This document shows positions 1 through 13,673 of a stretch of DNA of 64,000 bases, in pieces. The stretch lies in the NCBI GenBank assembly GCA_003971905.1, contig RSEE01000009.1, positions 868,001 to 932,000 on the forward strand. The letters are read 5' to 3'. Under the pieces are notes generated by a model. The model saw only the letters and a list, made by a program, of their open reading frames with translations. It was not told the DNA's origin and did no database searches. Numbering within the stretch: the stretch's first letter is position 1; every line of letters begins with the position of its first letter. The translations under genes and the position numbers were made by a program. Source of the stretch: Moniliella sp. 'wahieum' (lineage: Eukaryota).

Positions 1-479
1 CACTGCTGAAGCCTGCCGGGGGAGCGCTCAGCGCTGACTGATCGGAGCAGGGCCAGGCACGTCGCGGCACAGATCGGCGCCCCGCTGGCTACAGTGCGCT
101 GGTGGGAGGGGGTGGCACGCAGGGCGCCAGTGGAGTGTGGGCGTGGGCGGCGGCGGCTGCGTGGCACACGCCGTGCCGGCGCGCGGCATGCAGCTCCCGT
201 GGGACCAGTACCTGACATGCGCTGGGCGAGCGTTTGGCTGGGCAGCACCGCGCCACGGGGGCAGTGTGGAGCGGCAGCGGGACGCAAAGCTTCTGGTGCC
301 CAGAGGCTGCAGCCGCTGGCCACCGCCTCTGCAGTCTGCAGTGCGCCGCCGGCGCGCACCACCCGACGGGCAGCGGTACTCAGTACTCCGTCCTCTCTCG
401 ACTTGACTCAGTCCAGCTCCTCCACGCGCCCCCCGCCCCCACCCGCCGCTGCCCCCACACGCCCTTGCGCCCCCCCGCC

Positions 480-2335
480 ATGCCCCCGCCCCCCGCCCCC
501 GCCCCCTCGCCCCCTCCCCTCGCCCACCCCCAGGCGCCGCAGCCTCCTCGCCAACATCGTCCCCTCCGCCCACCGCCCCCACCCCGCCCCCTCGCCCGCG
601 CCCGACGCCACCTCCTCCACGCCCTCGGCCCCCCACAGCCCCCACTCCCTCAACCCCTTCAGGTCCGCCCCAAGCTGCCCCTCGACCCCGCTCCCCTCGC
701 CCCGCTGCCCCTGCCTCCACCGCCTCTGCCTCCACCGACGCGCTCCCCCCGATGAGTACCCCGCCGAGGCGCACACCCCCCACCGTCGGCGCTACACCGA
801 CACGCGCCAGATCGACCAGCTGGCCAGCGAGCTGGCCGCCGAGCAGTCCTGGGAGGCCCAGAACCTCCAGCGCCGCATGCTTTCCCCCGGCGCCTACGCC
901 TCGCCCCCGGGTGCCTCCCCGCCGCAAGCCAGAGCAGCCTGCATCTCGCCATCCCTTCGCCCTCCTCCCTGCCTCGCCCGGGCTCCTCCCGTCTGTCCCC
1001 GCTAGCACCCTACCACGCGTCTCCCCAGGCCGTCTTTACGCGCCCCCTCGGCTCTCCCGAAACACGCAGCTTGGACGCCCTCTCCTACCGAAGTGGCAGC
1101 TCTATCCCCCGCACCACCCGCTCTTCCCCTGCCCGCACGGGGTACGGAATGAGCCCCGACTTGATGGCCGGCCTCAGTGATGGGCCCTATCCCTCCCTTG
1201 GGCGGCGCTTGCCCCTCGACCCCATCTTCCCGGACGGCCTCGAGTTTGGTCTGCCAGTGGTACAGGAGAACGAGCCACAGGGCAAGGGCAAGGGCAAAGC
1301 CCGCACCAGCTCGGTCGGCCAATCCTCCCCGCTCCGTCCGAACGAATCGCGTCGCTCCTCGACCGACACGCGACATATTCGGCGGGCAGTGATGAGCATG
1401 TCGCTCCATGACCCCGTTCAAGAAGCGGCAGTGGCTGTGCCGCCCAAAAAATCCGGCTGGTCTTCCCCGTTTGGTGGGTCTCGCTCCGCCTCCCGCGCCG
1501 GCTCGCGGGCCGGCTCGCGTGCAGGAACGCCTTCGGCGAGCCAGGCCAATTTGCGCGACACACTGTCCATGTCGCCTGCTGCGTCGTCAGCCTCCGTTGC
1601 CGGGACCTGGTCTACCACGCTGCCCAATCGGTCCACCACCTCGGTTGCGACGTCTGGCCGACGGCGTGGGTCGTTATTTGGTCTGCGGAGGCATAAGGAT
1701 CAACCCTCGCCACTTCCCTCGCCCGTCCCCTCCAAGCCACCCTCACCTCAAGAGACGACCAAGGCGCCTTCCACAGGTCCGGCCTCGGCACCCCCCAGTG
1801 CCACTTTGTCCGGCTCAGCAGCCAATCGGCCGTCCCGCAAATGTTCTGCGCCAACGCAGCCGCCTACGCAAGCTGCGTCCCATGGTGGAGACTCGGCCAC
1901 CCTCGCCCTGATGATCCCTCCAGCCCGCCACCAACGGAGACCAAGAAGGGCCTCCGTGTGCCCAAGCTCGCCGCTGTGCTCTCTCCGCCCAGCAAGTCAC
2001 CCAGCAAGTCGCCCGTCCCGGAAGCCCAAGGCACACCCTCTGCCCCCGTTGCCCCCCGCTTGCCCCCGACAGGTGCGCAAGGCTCCAAAGTGCCCATGCC
2101 AGCGTCCTCGCCAGCCTTACCAAGTCCCACGCCTACTCCTAAGCGTGCTCCTCAGCATGCTCAGTTATCCCCGCCGCGCAGCCAGCCCCCTGCTGCTGCT
2201 TCGGGCCGCGATGCTCCACGAGGCCGGACCCATTCAACACCCAACCCAGTTTCGGGCACCAAGACGCCCGAACCCCCCCGCAGCCCCAAGGGGTCCACCA
2301 AACCGCCCCCTGCCCCGGCTTCCCAGGGGGGTTGA
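480..2335 (+). CDS. Hypothetical Pro/Ser-rich, largely disordered protein (frameshifted; start uncertain)
   Basis: Overlapping + ORFs 94-1005, 1071-2339 and 1841-2335 hand off protein-like segments (RRRYTDTRQIDQLASELAAEQSWEAQNLQRRMLSP; RHIRRAVMSMSLHDP; KKGLRVPKLAAVLSPP). ATG at 480 in gccATG context. No domain recognised. Confidence 0.5.
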
Positions 2336-3576
2336 GTAAGTTGTTCAAGCGCTTTGGCCGCTCGTCCCATTCCCATTCTCAACCCAAAACTAAACCGGCC
2401 GGCGGGGTGCAAGTAGGAGGCCTTTAAACCACGTATACACCTGCTCTGGTGATAACCCCTACCTCACACACTGCTCCCCCACCCTGCTCTCCCTATCCGC
2501 TCATTCCGACTGCCCCATGCGAAAGCTCACTTGGCTTTGCTTGATATACTTCCCCTTCGTTTCCCCGCTGCCGTTCCCGCTCGCTTCAATGGACAAACTG
2601 GTCTTGTGTTCCCTCCCCTATTCGCGTCAGAGTCCGAGTCTGATTTGCGCCCGTCGTGGTCCCCCCCAGGACACGCCCCGGACCGCTGACTGTAGGATGG
2701 GTCGATCACAAGGTGCTATTGGTTGGGGCGGAGGGAGAGGTTAATACCAGGCTAGGCGAGTGCTTGTAATTGGGTAGCCTTCTCTCCACCGTTCCAACAG
2801 TGGCTACGACGTTCATGTAGGGGAAGAGAAGGCACAAAAAAGTAGGTGCAAAAAGACGTATACAAGGGTGCTAGGGCCGGGGGGGGGGCAAGCCAACGAT
2901 TCTATAGCAACCTCGGGACGATCTCACTGCTACGTCGCTATCTCGTGCTCCACCGCTGTACTCGTTCTAATCCGCCGGTTGGGAGAAACGTGGAATCAAA
3001 AGAGAGAGAACAGAGGGGAAGAAGAGAAGCGGAGACCAACCAATTGGCACCATGTACTGCATCTGACCGATAGGTTTCGCATCAACATCGCTCCACTGGG
3101 AGGCCGTCGAACGAATCAAAAGAGCGTATTGGGACAGTACACAAAGGGGGAAAGGGGTCATAGCCCTAATGAGCGTGGGGACGAAACAACAGAAGTTTAA
3201 CCAGCATGTCTCATTGGACCGATTGGAACCAGCGACTGATCCGACGGGCCATGTGGGCTGCTGAATCTAATGAAAGCAACGGAGCGTGAGGGGAAGGAGG
3301 GAGGCCTGTGCGTCTCGTGAAGATAGGGAGAGAGCGAGTGCGAGTGCGTCGGTGCGCTGCCCCACCGTCACTCGATCCTCCCAATCAGGCACGGTGAGCA
3401 GGCACGCCGGGTCCCTGGCCAAGGGGAAAGAACAGACGTCCGTGCTGACCCGTCGTTGGCGAGGACGCCTGCGGTAGAAGAGGAGCGGATGGGAAGGTCG
3501 GGTGGGGTTACATTTTCGGCACCTTCAACGGCGGCAACTGCCAAACGCGAAATCTGCGACTCGGTCGGATCGTTAC

Positions 3577-6500
3577 TTACATCCTCCTTGCCAAGGTTGG
3601 CAGAGCCGTGCGTTCAACAACCGTAGTTGCATAGGGAAGGGTATGGTCCGCCCCCCCTATTTCAACTGCGCCCCGTATCGAGCCTTGCCTGGAATTCGGA
3701 TCCAGGGCAGGTGGCATGAGAAGCGTGCTTCTAACCCGAGGACCGCACGTAGCCAAAACGTCGGTCAACGACGTTGAAAATGAAGAGGAACGTTGGGGCG
3801 CAAGAGTGAGGGCAGATCCCGTACATGAAGGACCCGGTGGGCTCCAACCATCGCTATCGCACGGCTCCATCACCCTTTCGGGCAGCCTCATGACTCCCGT
3901 TGCGCGTCTAGGTCTCAAAGAGGACCGCCGAGCTGGCTTGTTTGCCACGAGTGCAGGGTCTAAACCATCACGAGACTCGTCGTCTCTTCTTTTGGCGCGC
4001 TGAAATGATAGTGAAGTCCCCTCACATTCCCGCGCGCCCAAAAACGATGACACAACAGGAAATGGCACCTCTGTTCGATGCTGAGAGCGAGGGGGTGAGA
4101 TGGCTGCGATGGAAACCCGTCGTACCGTGTGAGGAAGGCAAGGGGTACGATGGGCGGGGATGGAATAGGTACCACAGTTTCGGCGTTCAGGTCCTTCGTG
4201 GCTTTCTGTATATTGGGCTCTTGCTTGGTCCTCACAGCCCCTGTTGAGTCATGGTCGCCGTCGCGAAGGCCCTGTTGGCCAGCACTGCTTTCTTTGGGGG
4301 AGGGAGCAACAATGTCAGAATTGGATCGAAGCATACTTGGTTTTGCTACGCCTTGAACAGGGACGGTTGCGTTTGCAGGAGCAAAGGGAAGAAGGGAAGG
4401 CGTCGACGCAGCTGTGGTAAGGGGCACAGTTACTGCTTGCCTTTGCCTTGGTTATAAAGCGTGATAAGGGTCTGTTGAAGGGCAGCGAGACGAGGGGTGT
4501 AAGCGAGGTTTTCTTCTTACTACTACTCATCTGGTCGTCGGGGAACCGCGGTGTCATCGTGACCGAGCCAGCGTGCATGTCTGCGCGTGCGGCAGTCGCG
4601 TCAGTGATGATCCTAGCCTGGCGCAGCGCTTCGACAGCACGCTTCCCGTTGGGAAACGTGGTTCCGTGTGCACGCTCGATCATGTTGGCCAGCATGAGTG
4701 AGTACTGCACCACACGCTGATGCGGTCGCGCCAAGTAGTCGTCCAACCGCAACTTTTTGCGTCGGCTTAGCGCCATCATGCTGTCTGCCTGTGATGGAGA
4801 GGTGGCCAAAGTTGGAGAGCAGGTTGGATCAAAGGAGTCCCTTGTTGCTGACGATGTCGGGCAAGGCGAGGGATCTTGGCTGGTAGAGGTGAATGAGGGC
4901 ACAGGGGAAGAAAGGGGGGGCACCGGGCATCTTTCTTCAGTTGTGGATTCACAGCTAAACTCCAACGATGAGAGCGGTCGGTTGGCGAGGGGCAATCGGT
5001 CCTTGATTATCAATTGCGGCAAGCGCAGGAAGGAGCGCGGCCGTCCCACTGTCCGCTTTCGGTTGGGCAAGAAGGCGAGAATGTCAGAAGTGACCGAGCC
5101 GCGCTTAGAACTGCCAAATATGGGTTCCTCGGAGGCGGCGGTAGCATTGAATAGAGCGCCCACAGTATTGGGGGGGGGATTGGACCATCGCAAAGGCATC
5201 GTGCTCTTTCGGTGTTTGGCCCGGCCGATACAAGCAGCAAAATCATGCTGGTTTCCCTGACGACCGGACTCATCCGCTTCTTCTGTATCCCCACCCTCCA
5301 CCCCCGAAGAAGATGAAGCAAACGAAGATAAGTTGATACCAGTGAAAGTTGATGCAGCAACCACTGCTCGAGCGCACTGCCGCTCGTACCCCCACCACAA
5401 GTTTGGATCCCGTTCCCTTTCCACCTTGATAATGGACACAAGTGCCGGTTTGTACTGGCAAAATACGTCGTACACCGTCAAGTGGGGGCACTGAAGAGAA
5501 GTGGCAATCAACGTCAGTATTATTTCTTGCGGGTGCTGTTTTGTTGGCGTAATGCAGGTAGTAGAGATAAAAGAAACATACCAAAATGTCCGCAAAAAGA
5601 GAGGCAATGTCCACAGCAGCGGCTTCCAACTGAGCCATTACGGATGAACCGTGGGCGATTGAACCCCTTTTTTGTGTCGTAGCAATGTCTTCTCGTTGGA
5701 AGGAGGACGAAAATACTGGCGTAGAGGCCATTGAGGATGACCGGGACGATAAGGGGCCGTCATAATGTTCTTCACATTGGACGCCAAACGAAAATGAGGG
5801 TGAGCTCGGGGGGCATGTGAACGGGGGATGAAGCCGACCAGGGACGACGGGACGTCCAACCGCTCAAGAACTGTATCCAGTCGATGGAAATGCCACAGGT
5901 CATGCAGGTGCCTCGCAGCCGTCTTGTGGGTAATGAGCAGGTCTTCCAGTGCCCATTGAACCATATCCAACACGCGATGGTTCTCATTGGTTAGCCTGGA
6001 ATCGATTCTCTCGGTCATAGTTTCAGCGTTACTGGCAAGACTGCTGTCGACAGGCCAATTGGCATGCACCTTGCTGCTGATGGAGGTAGAGGGAAGGAAC
6101 TCGCCCGAGTTGCAGTTCTTGTCCACCGACTCGCCCTTCGAAGAGTCCAACACCTTGTCCATCTCATTTGTTGGAGCTCCAAGGCCCCCCTCGCTCCATT
6201 TGAATGGGTTATTCGGGACAGAGAGTCCAAATCTTAGAAAGGATGAAGGAGATGGAACATATTCTTCTGGGCTGGGAGTGGGAACCGAAAGCGACGTAAT
6301 GCCGAGGTTGGGATATGAAGTTTGAGTGGTGTTGGAAGTGAACAAAGTCTGATTAGCCAGACCCGGAAGGTAGATATGACCCAAAGCAATCAAGTCCCCC
6401 ACATATGTATGCTCCGTTTCGACCAACTCCCGAATCTGATACCATAGGTTAAGTGCCGCTGCCCGCGATTCATCATCTAGATGAAGTGGTGTAAACAATG

Positions 6501-7317
6501 GTTCGTCTTGGATGCAGCTGTTGGGATTCATGATTTGCCCCTGTTGTGAGCCGTGTGGATCTCGCGGGGAGGGATGCGATATGCTAGATACCTCGGGTAA
6601 GGCATCATGTTGGGAAGGTGACCGAGGTTCTAATGAGGAGGGTGGCAGCGGTGTTTTCTCGTCCAACCATTGCGTGCCAATGTTGGCTGATGGCAGCATC
6701 ATAGTCGGGGCAGCTTTTTGCACGCGAGACGGAACAGAATGTGCCAATGTGGAGTCAAGACTTTTACCAGCAGTTGATCCACTTGGACTAATGGACGCCG
6801 TGCTAGGGGACAACGGTGAGGGAGTGGTATTCGACGAAGCGACCTCATCTTGGAGGGTTATCGCGGCCAAGGAAGGACAGCGGGTAAAACAGAGAGGAGC
6901 GCAAGTAGGGATGAGAGACTTCGATGCTTGGTCACAAAGTGTCCTCCGCAAACCATTCCCAGCGGTCTCATCTTCCTGCACTGATTGAGAAGACCCCTTT
7001 CTTGGCTCATACAGGTCACCTGGCTCGTACTGTGAAATTGAAGGGGACGCTTCAGGTATGTTGGCTATTTTTTTGTCCCGGAGCTGGTCAGAAGAGTTGG
7101 GTCGGCTTGTTGTCTCCTGGCTGCCATCAAGTGAGGTGTGGCAGGTGATGCTGGAGCTGGGACTAGTGAAAGTGGAATGGGATGAGGAGGAGCAGGTGCT
7201 AGCCTTCGAAGCGGACCTGTTTGCAGGGCACGACGGAGGCATGGCCTTGGTGATTACGGTTGGGATGGGCACGGGCAAAAGCATGGGCGCTTCAGGCCCC
7301 GGGATGGCCCCCTCCAT
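3577..7317 (-). CDS. RhoGEF (Dbl-homology)-like protein with large low-complexity insertions; frameshifted, 3' end uncertain
   Basis: ORF 5638-7560 has DH CR1-like WYQIRELVETEHTYVGDLIALGHIYLPGL. ORF 4315-5607 has VYDVFCQY and DH CR3-like LRLDDYLARPHQRVVQYSLMLANM. Probable start MEGAIPGP at 7317. Confidence 0.65.
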
Positions 7318-7745
7318 AGTAGGCGAGGAGGGTAAAAGGTGGACAACAGCCACAAGCCGAACGGAGGGGCGGTGGTGGGGGCGATGGGATACGGGTAGCA
7401 AGATTGGCCAAAAAGAAAGCAGGAAAGAAGGCTGCGGAAGAATGGAGAACGGAGGTAGAGAGAAAGCCGAGGCAGGTGCAATATGACACACTGGGCTTCT
7501 GCCCTCTCCCACAAGCGCTCTATATATATGATGCGCTCTCTGTGTGTGGCTTGGCAACATTGTAGTAGACTCCTAGTTTCACCGGCTGCGGTCTTTCGGC
7601 TCTGTGGGCGGTGGCGGTATGGGGCCTGAGGCTTGTGAAGATGCCTGAACAAGGGCGTTTGGGGGTGCTGGCCAAGGAAGGGGAGGTTGCCCTCTACCGA
7701 GGATGCCTGGGGCCTTTTACCTTATTGTCCAAATATATGGCTTCT

Positions 7746-9143
7746 CTACTTTTGTGCTCCGCGCGCCGATCGGGGAGACATCGGCCACGTGGACCATGGA
7801 AGGGGACAGGGAAGGAATCGTTTGGCCATGCGTGGACGGATAGGGGATGCGTGCAGCAGCATCAGGGCTGAGGTTGCCACAGACCAGAGTTTGGTCACAC
7901 GGATCGAGGCGAGAAAGAGGAGGATTTGTTTCATGATGGATTGAATGTGTTCCGGGGGCAAGCGACGGCCTTGGAGGTGACACTTGAGAAAGTAGTCCAC
8001 AGGGCTGGCTTGGCGATGAAACGCAATGCACAGTCGGGTGCGCTTGTAGAGAAACACGTGGCGCACGCGCGTCCGCCCAATCACGTCATCCGCATTCATG
8101 GCGCCGACTGCACGTAGGCTCCTGGCGTGACGCAACGTCTCGGTGCGCCCGGCCTTGTCGGAGCCACTGATACTGCTCACCACTTGTTGGTTGGTGACCA
8201 TGATACGGCCTCCCCGTACTTGGTCTTGCCTCAGATTTTCGTAACCACCATGCAGCGGTAAGCCAGAATACTGTCGCGCATAGCCATGCTTGCGGCACCA
8301 AGAACTTGCGTGTCACCAATGCGGGCGAGATGTCCAACTCCACTGCATCCTCGTCATGTTCTTTTTTCGCCGAGCGAAGGGGCTGCACGTGCACATGGTC
8401 AAAAGGTTAGCGTACGCTACAGTGGTTTAATGGCACTGATGGGGATGGATCCTTACCTTGGCATTTTGAACGGGAGGAGGGATTGAATCTTGAACGAGAG
8501 GAGGAGTTGCATCTTGAACGGTGGGAGGAGGGGTCCGGGACGCCTTAGAATTCTGAGCGACCATTGTGGGCGCTGGGGAGGTGCTGTCACTGGGAATCGA
8601 GCATGGTTCAACTCTCGTCCTCATCCTCACCCTGGTGGGTGCGGTTGCGCTGCACGCCGGATCAGCTGGCGGTTTCTTGCTGATACAGTAGAGAGGGGAG
8701 CGGGCCCAGCTCAGGAGAAGGGCGGCGAAGGGCCGGTGCTGATGGAAGACGAGACGAACAACTCGACGAGAGCTGAAGACACTGTCGCCGTCGATGACGA
8801 GGTGGCAGCCTTTGCCGTGCAGGAGGGAGGAAATGCGTCGGCCCAGCTGCTGGCATAATGATGCTTGTTTCTACTTTGGGAGCATCGTCAAGGCTGTCGG
8901 GAGGGTTACATAACAGCTGGCCCAGCGGGTCGTTGTTTACATCCTTCCAGATTCGTAGATGGTCATGTAGGTTTTTGGGCACCACACTCCCTTCGGCGTC
9001 CGGTGCGGCAGCAGTTTCGTCAATAGATAGCTTGAGCGTCGGTTGCAGCGAGGCCCGGGCGGACCCATGCAGAGAAGCAGACAAGGCAGCAGGGAGGCGA
9101 GCAGCAGCAAATGAGGCGCGCAGGGTGGGCGCACCCAACGCAC
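7746..9143 (-). CDS. Possible orphan gene (fragmented), perhaps secreted or membrane-associated
   Basis: Chain of minus-strand ORFs (8937-9143 with hydrophobic HLLLLASLLPCLLLC, 8662-9138, 8086-8394, 7746-8201) with protein-like composition. No family recognised. Confidence 0.25.
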
Positions 9144-9880
9144 GTCACACGCGGAGCAGCGGAAAAAGGACGATCAACCCGAAGAGTTGAGTGAGATAAC
9201 ACGGTGAGAGGAGAAAGAAGCATGGTTGTTCGTTGCCACCGAGGAGAGAAGCAGAGCCACAGGAGGGTAAATACATATCTTCAGCTGATGATGATGCATG
9301 ATGCTATTGCGAGTTTGAGGGGGGGTCGACAGCCAGAATCGATCATTCAATATGCTCAACCGTTCCCAAGGGCAGAAGATGGCGCCAACCTGACTGGCCT
9401 GACTACTGCCACGCCTCGCCATTTTCAGCCACATCCGTTCTCGGCAGCGGCGGGATGTTGAACGGCGCGGACGATGCTAATGGGTTACCAGACGGGCTAT
9501 TCGATGGACTACGCAGGAGGTTAATGGGGTGCAAGTTGAATGCAGTACTACAAATGCTGGGTAGGGAGAGGGAGGGAAACAGAGGACAATGTGAGGGGAA
9601 GTGTGGACGTGCGTGCGTGGGTAAAGCGGTTGAAGCGAGAGCTGCGAAGATGACTAGTAGGGAACAAGGTCCGGGGTGAGCCGACATGGGTGATGAGACG
9701 TGGGACACGCAGGTGCAGAACTGTCGTTGAGACGGGCATCGAGCGGGAGGGTAGAGTGAAGAGGAGAGACTGGGTGGCAGAATGGTTGGATTGTGCCCAC
9801 TCAGGGACTTGGAGAAGCACCTGAGTTTTCATCCAGGGAAGAGGGGTCGAAGTACAACCGGCCTGTCAGCAGATCCTACC

Positions 9881-11140
9881 TTAAAATTCGAGCTTCTTGG
9901 GCTGCTCCCAGGTGAACTCAGGCCGGCCAAAGTGACCGTAGGCTGCCGTGGAGCGGTAGATGGGCTTTTGGAGCTCCAAGTGATGCACAATCACACCCGG
10001 CTTGAGGTTGAAGTTCTTGCGCACAATGTCGACCAGCTCCGCGTCGGTTTGGACGAGGTGCCATACGAATCGACACAACACCGAGAGTGGCTCGGCCACG
10101 CCAATCGCGTACGACAACTGCACAAGAGCGCGCCGCGCCAGGCCAGCTGCGACCAACGACTTGGCCACCCAACGAGCGGTGTAGGCTGCCGAACGGTCCA
10201 CCTTGGAAAAGTCCTTGCCCGAGAACGCACCGCCGCCGTGCGCGCCCCATCCACCGTACGTATCGACAATGATCTTGCGCCCAGTCAGACCCGCGTCGCC
10301 CTGGGGCCCACCAATCACAAAGCGGCCAGAGGGCTGGATGTGGTAAATGGTGTGCTCGTCAATCAGCTTGGTGGGGATGACCTCCTTGATGACCTTCTCA
10401 AGAAGTTCGGAGCGAAGGTGCTCGGTGGTGATGTCATCGGAATGTTGGGTGGAGACGACGACCGTGTCGACGCGGATGGGCACCAGGGCACCACCATCCT
10501 TCTTGTACTCCACCGTGACCTGGGTCTTAGTGTCCGGACGGAGCCAAGGCAGGGATCCCGTCTTGCGAGCCACCGTCAAGGCACGGTTCAGCTTGTGAGC
10601 AAGGGTGAGAGTAAGCGGCATGAGCTCGGGCGTCTCGTCGGTGGCGTATCCAAACATGATTCCCTGGTCACGCACCATGGTCCTCGAGGGAGCCGTGGTC
10701 AAGGCCCTGAGCAATGTCAGGACTCTGCTGCTCGATCGCAACAAGTACGTTGCACGTCTTGTAGTCAAATCCCTTGGCACTGTCGTCGTAGCCAATCTCC
10801 TTGATCGTGTCACGAATGACCTTCTGGTAGTCAATCACCGCCTTGGTGGTGATCTCACCAAAGACCATCACCATGCCCGTCTTGGTCGCCGTCTCACAAG
10901 CCACCTTGGAGTTGGGGTCCTGGGCCAGGCAGGCATCGAGAATAGCATCCGACACTTGGTCGCAGATCTTGTCAGGGTGACCCTCACCGACAGACTCGCT
11001 GACGAAGCAACGCAAACGCAGGCTCAGAAGGTCAGCACGATACGCCAGAGAAGCAATAGAGGGACGGGTACGCACGAGGTGAAGAGGAAGTGACCCTCGG
11101 GCAGCTGGTGGTTGTGGAAGGAAACACCGGTGGCGGCCAT
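9881..11140 (-). CDS. SAM1: S-adenosylmethionine synthetase (methionine adenosyltransferase); one intron 10999-11075
   Basis: MAT signatures [85 protein letters not shown]. Intron GTGCGT...GCTGAC...CAG. Frameshift near 10670 and probably a compensating pair near 10050-10080. Confidence 0.97.
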
Positions 11141-13169
11141 AGCGGGAGGGGGGTGGGGACGAGTGGGGTAGAAGAAGAGGTGGTGGTGGGAAAAAGAAGC
11201 ATTCGACTTCCGGGTGAGGGCGTTACCGCGTTCCGGGGGTTGACCGGACGCGTGACGGGTGACACTCGTCGGCTCCTGGAACATTTTTCGCCCACGTGCA
11301 CCAAAGTTTCAAATCACCTGGAAGCACTGCCCCAGTGGCTGGGGGATGAAGGTGGGGCTTACCGCTCTCTCGCCGATCTCGTTTATCGATTTCAACGATC
11401 GTTCACCGTTCTCACAGCCCTGACGGCATGGTACCAGTCACGAAGTCACTAGCTAGACACTTCAGGTTTGAAGCTTCAAGCTCTCAAGCTTCAAGCTGCT
11501 TCCGCTGGGGGTCGGTCATGCACGTGTGCTGACCATCGACGAACTCAGAACTCAGTATACTAAGTCGTGGCGGTCCCGGCCAGCCGCGGCCACCCGTTCA
11601 GCTCAGCCCGTGTTACCTGCTGTGGTTTGGAGGAGAAACGGGAGATCATGTCGGTCTGGGCAGAGAACAGCGCCAGTAGCTGGATCGTGTAAGGGGCATA
11701 TAGACAGTGATGTTGATGAGGTCCCATCCTGCTGCTCACCAAGTGGCAGACGAGGCCGATGAGGAGGATCCAGACTGAGACGCTAACGGAGGGGGGCGTG
11801 GCGACACCCGTGCGTCTACTATAGGATCAGAGTCACAAACGTGGAAAGGGTGTGTGGGGCATAATGCATAATGCCTATTGTTGGGATAATTGCGACACTG
11901 GGGACGGAAGTGCTTAAGTATCCATGGGCACACATCCGTCTCTCATTCTTTGTTAAAGAGGCAACATGGGAGGGAACGCACCGGAAGAAGCATGACGATA
12001 AGCGCCGGAGACGATGATGCAATAAAGTAGAGCAAGTCAGACGAAGGAAGCAACAGCAATGATAACTGTACATCTCACAGCTTCGCATATATAGAAGACC
12101 ATGGTAATACTGCAGGTCCAGGTGAGAATGGCTGGGGGACCACCAGTCCTGACGCCTAAGCAGTTATCTCTGGGGAGGGTACTGGGAACTAAGAAGAGAA
12201 ACCGTTCAATGACATGAAACGAATCAAGAAGTACGCATCCTGGGGTAGTACGGGGCTTGCTCAACAATCTGAGACCTAGATGAATCCAAGGCATATAATA
12301 AGAGGTCAGCGCCGCGCTATAAAGGGGGGTCTTCAGTGGATTCCATAGCAGTTTGAGTGCACTTCCAATCGTAGGGAAGAGGTCATGACCAAAGATGGCG
12401 AAGGCAAGGTGACAGCCTTGTGGAAGGCACAGTTCTAGGAAGTAGTAGAGCAAAGGAGACTGCGCCCTTCTGAGATGGTCTATCAATGGGCCAATACGGT
12501 GCGAATTCGCTGAGCCCGCTGGGAAAGCCACCTGTTGAACTGGAACGGTTCGCACTTCCCGAAATGATTGCAGGATCTGAATAGAGAGACTAGTGAACAC
12601 AAGGGATATAAACGCCGGCAGTTAGATATTGCAACTAGTGACACTCTCCCAGCGAGAATTGGTTCGAACAAGAGCTCGGATACATCATACACAACGCATG
12701 ATGAGGCGAAGAGAACGGTCCACAATGCGGACTCCCCGAGGCAAAAGAGAAATTGTCCTCCCTTGCTGTCGCCAGGAATAAAGGGAGACAGTTGACGATC
12801 TGGAATAATGGGCATATAGGGACCCGATCCAAGCAACCCGCACCCTCCGTAGCTCTTTAGAAAAGCAGGAGTATCAGTCGAACATAGTACGGTACAATAG
12901 AATATATACAGTTGCGTCTGCGCCTTATTTCAAACGGCGGATGGGGATCATGCATGTATCGATTATCCTTCTGCCCACACGACCAAGCCTATTTCCGCAT
13001 TCCAGCAGCGTGGGCTCCAGAGAAGTGAGCGTTAGAGACAAGCAGGAGGGGCTCAGTGCGTTCATTAAATCGTGCTATCTAGCCCACACCAATTCACACC
13101 AGTCGTCCCCGAGAGGACTCGTTTTACGTGCACAACTTAGACAGATGCGCTGAGGAAGATGGCGCTCGG

Positions 13170-13673
13170 TTAGAGCTTGGCCTTCTGGGCCTTGAGCACA
13201 GTGTCCAGCTTGGTTGCCAGCATAATGTTCTGTCCAGAGAAAAGCGTCAGCATACTCGAGGGCAGAGAAACGGGATGAGGGAAGCAAGTACGTACACCCT
13301 TGACCTTCAACTTGCCGCTCATGAATGCTTTCTGGCCATTGACCTGCCGTCCGCCATGTCTACAAAGGCTGAGTGGGTCGAGCAAGCGCACACGCATGGG
13401 TTAGTCATCGCATAAGCATACAACATGGCAGGGGTCCACATACTCTCGTCCGACGTGTTGATCGTCACGTCAGCCTTGCCCTTCGCCTTGCCCTCGTAGG
13501 CCTCGCCGACCTTCTTGAGGTCAATGGTATAGACCAGCTCCTTGGAGCCTTTCTTGATGTGCAGCTCAAAGACGCCATTGGTCTTCTTGATGATGTCCTT
13601 CTTGTCTTTCTCGCTGGCAGTCTTGAGACCTCCTGGATCTGGGTGAAGAGTGCTTGGGCTTGAACTCTGACAT
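13170..13673 (-). CDS. Peroxisomal sterol carrier protein 2 (SCP2 / POX18-like lipid transfer protein); introns 13369-13443 and 13230-13295
   Basis: IIKKTNGVFELHIK...YTIDLKKVGEAYEGKAKGKADVTI...NGQKAFMSGKLKVKG|NIMLATKLDTVLK. Ends in the PTS1 tripeptide AKL. Canonical GTATGT/GTACGT donors and CTAAC/CTGAC branch sites. Confidence 0.92.

Noticed and set aside
28..1008. Long Gly/Arg-rich minus-strand ORF and similar antisense ORFs (9782-10804, 31563-32474, 34566-36008, 59034-59975)
   Set aside because: Shadow ORFs caused by high GC and codon bias of the real genes on the opposite strand.
9500..11140. SAM-responsive RNA element (METTL16-type UACAGARAA hairpin or riboswitch) in the SAM synthetase intron or 3' UTR
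   Set aside because: I could not find the nonamer or a convincing conserved structure by eye.
11900..12900. ORFs 12037-12600 and 12483-12836 as a gene or LINE relic
   Set aside because: No recognisable motif beyond a faint IDHL...YFLELC similarity; not supportable.
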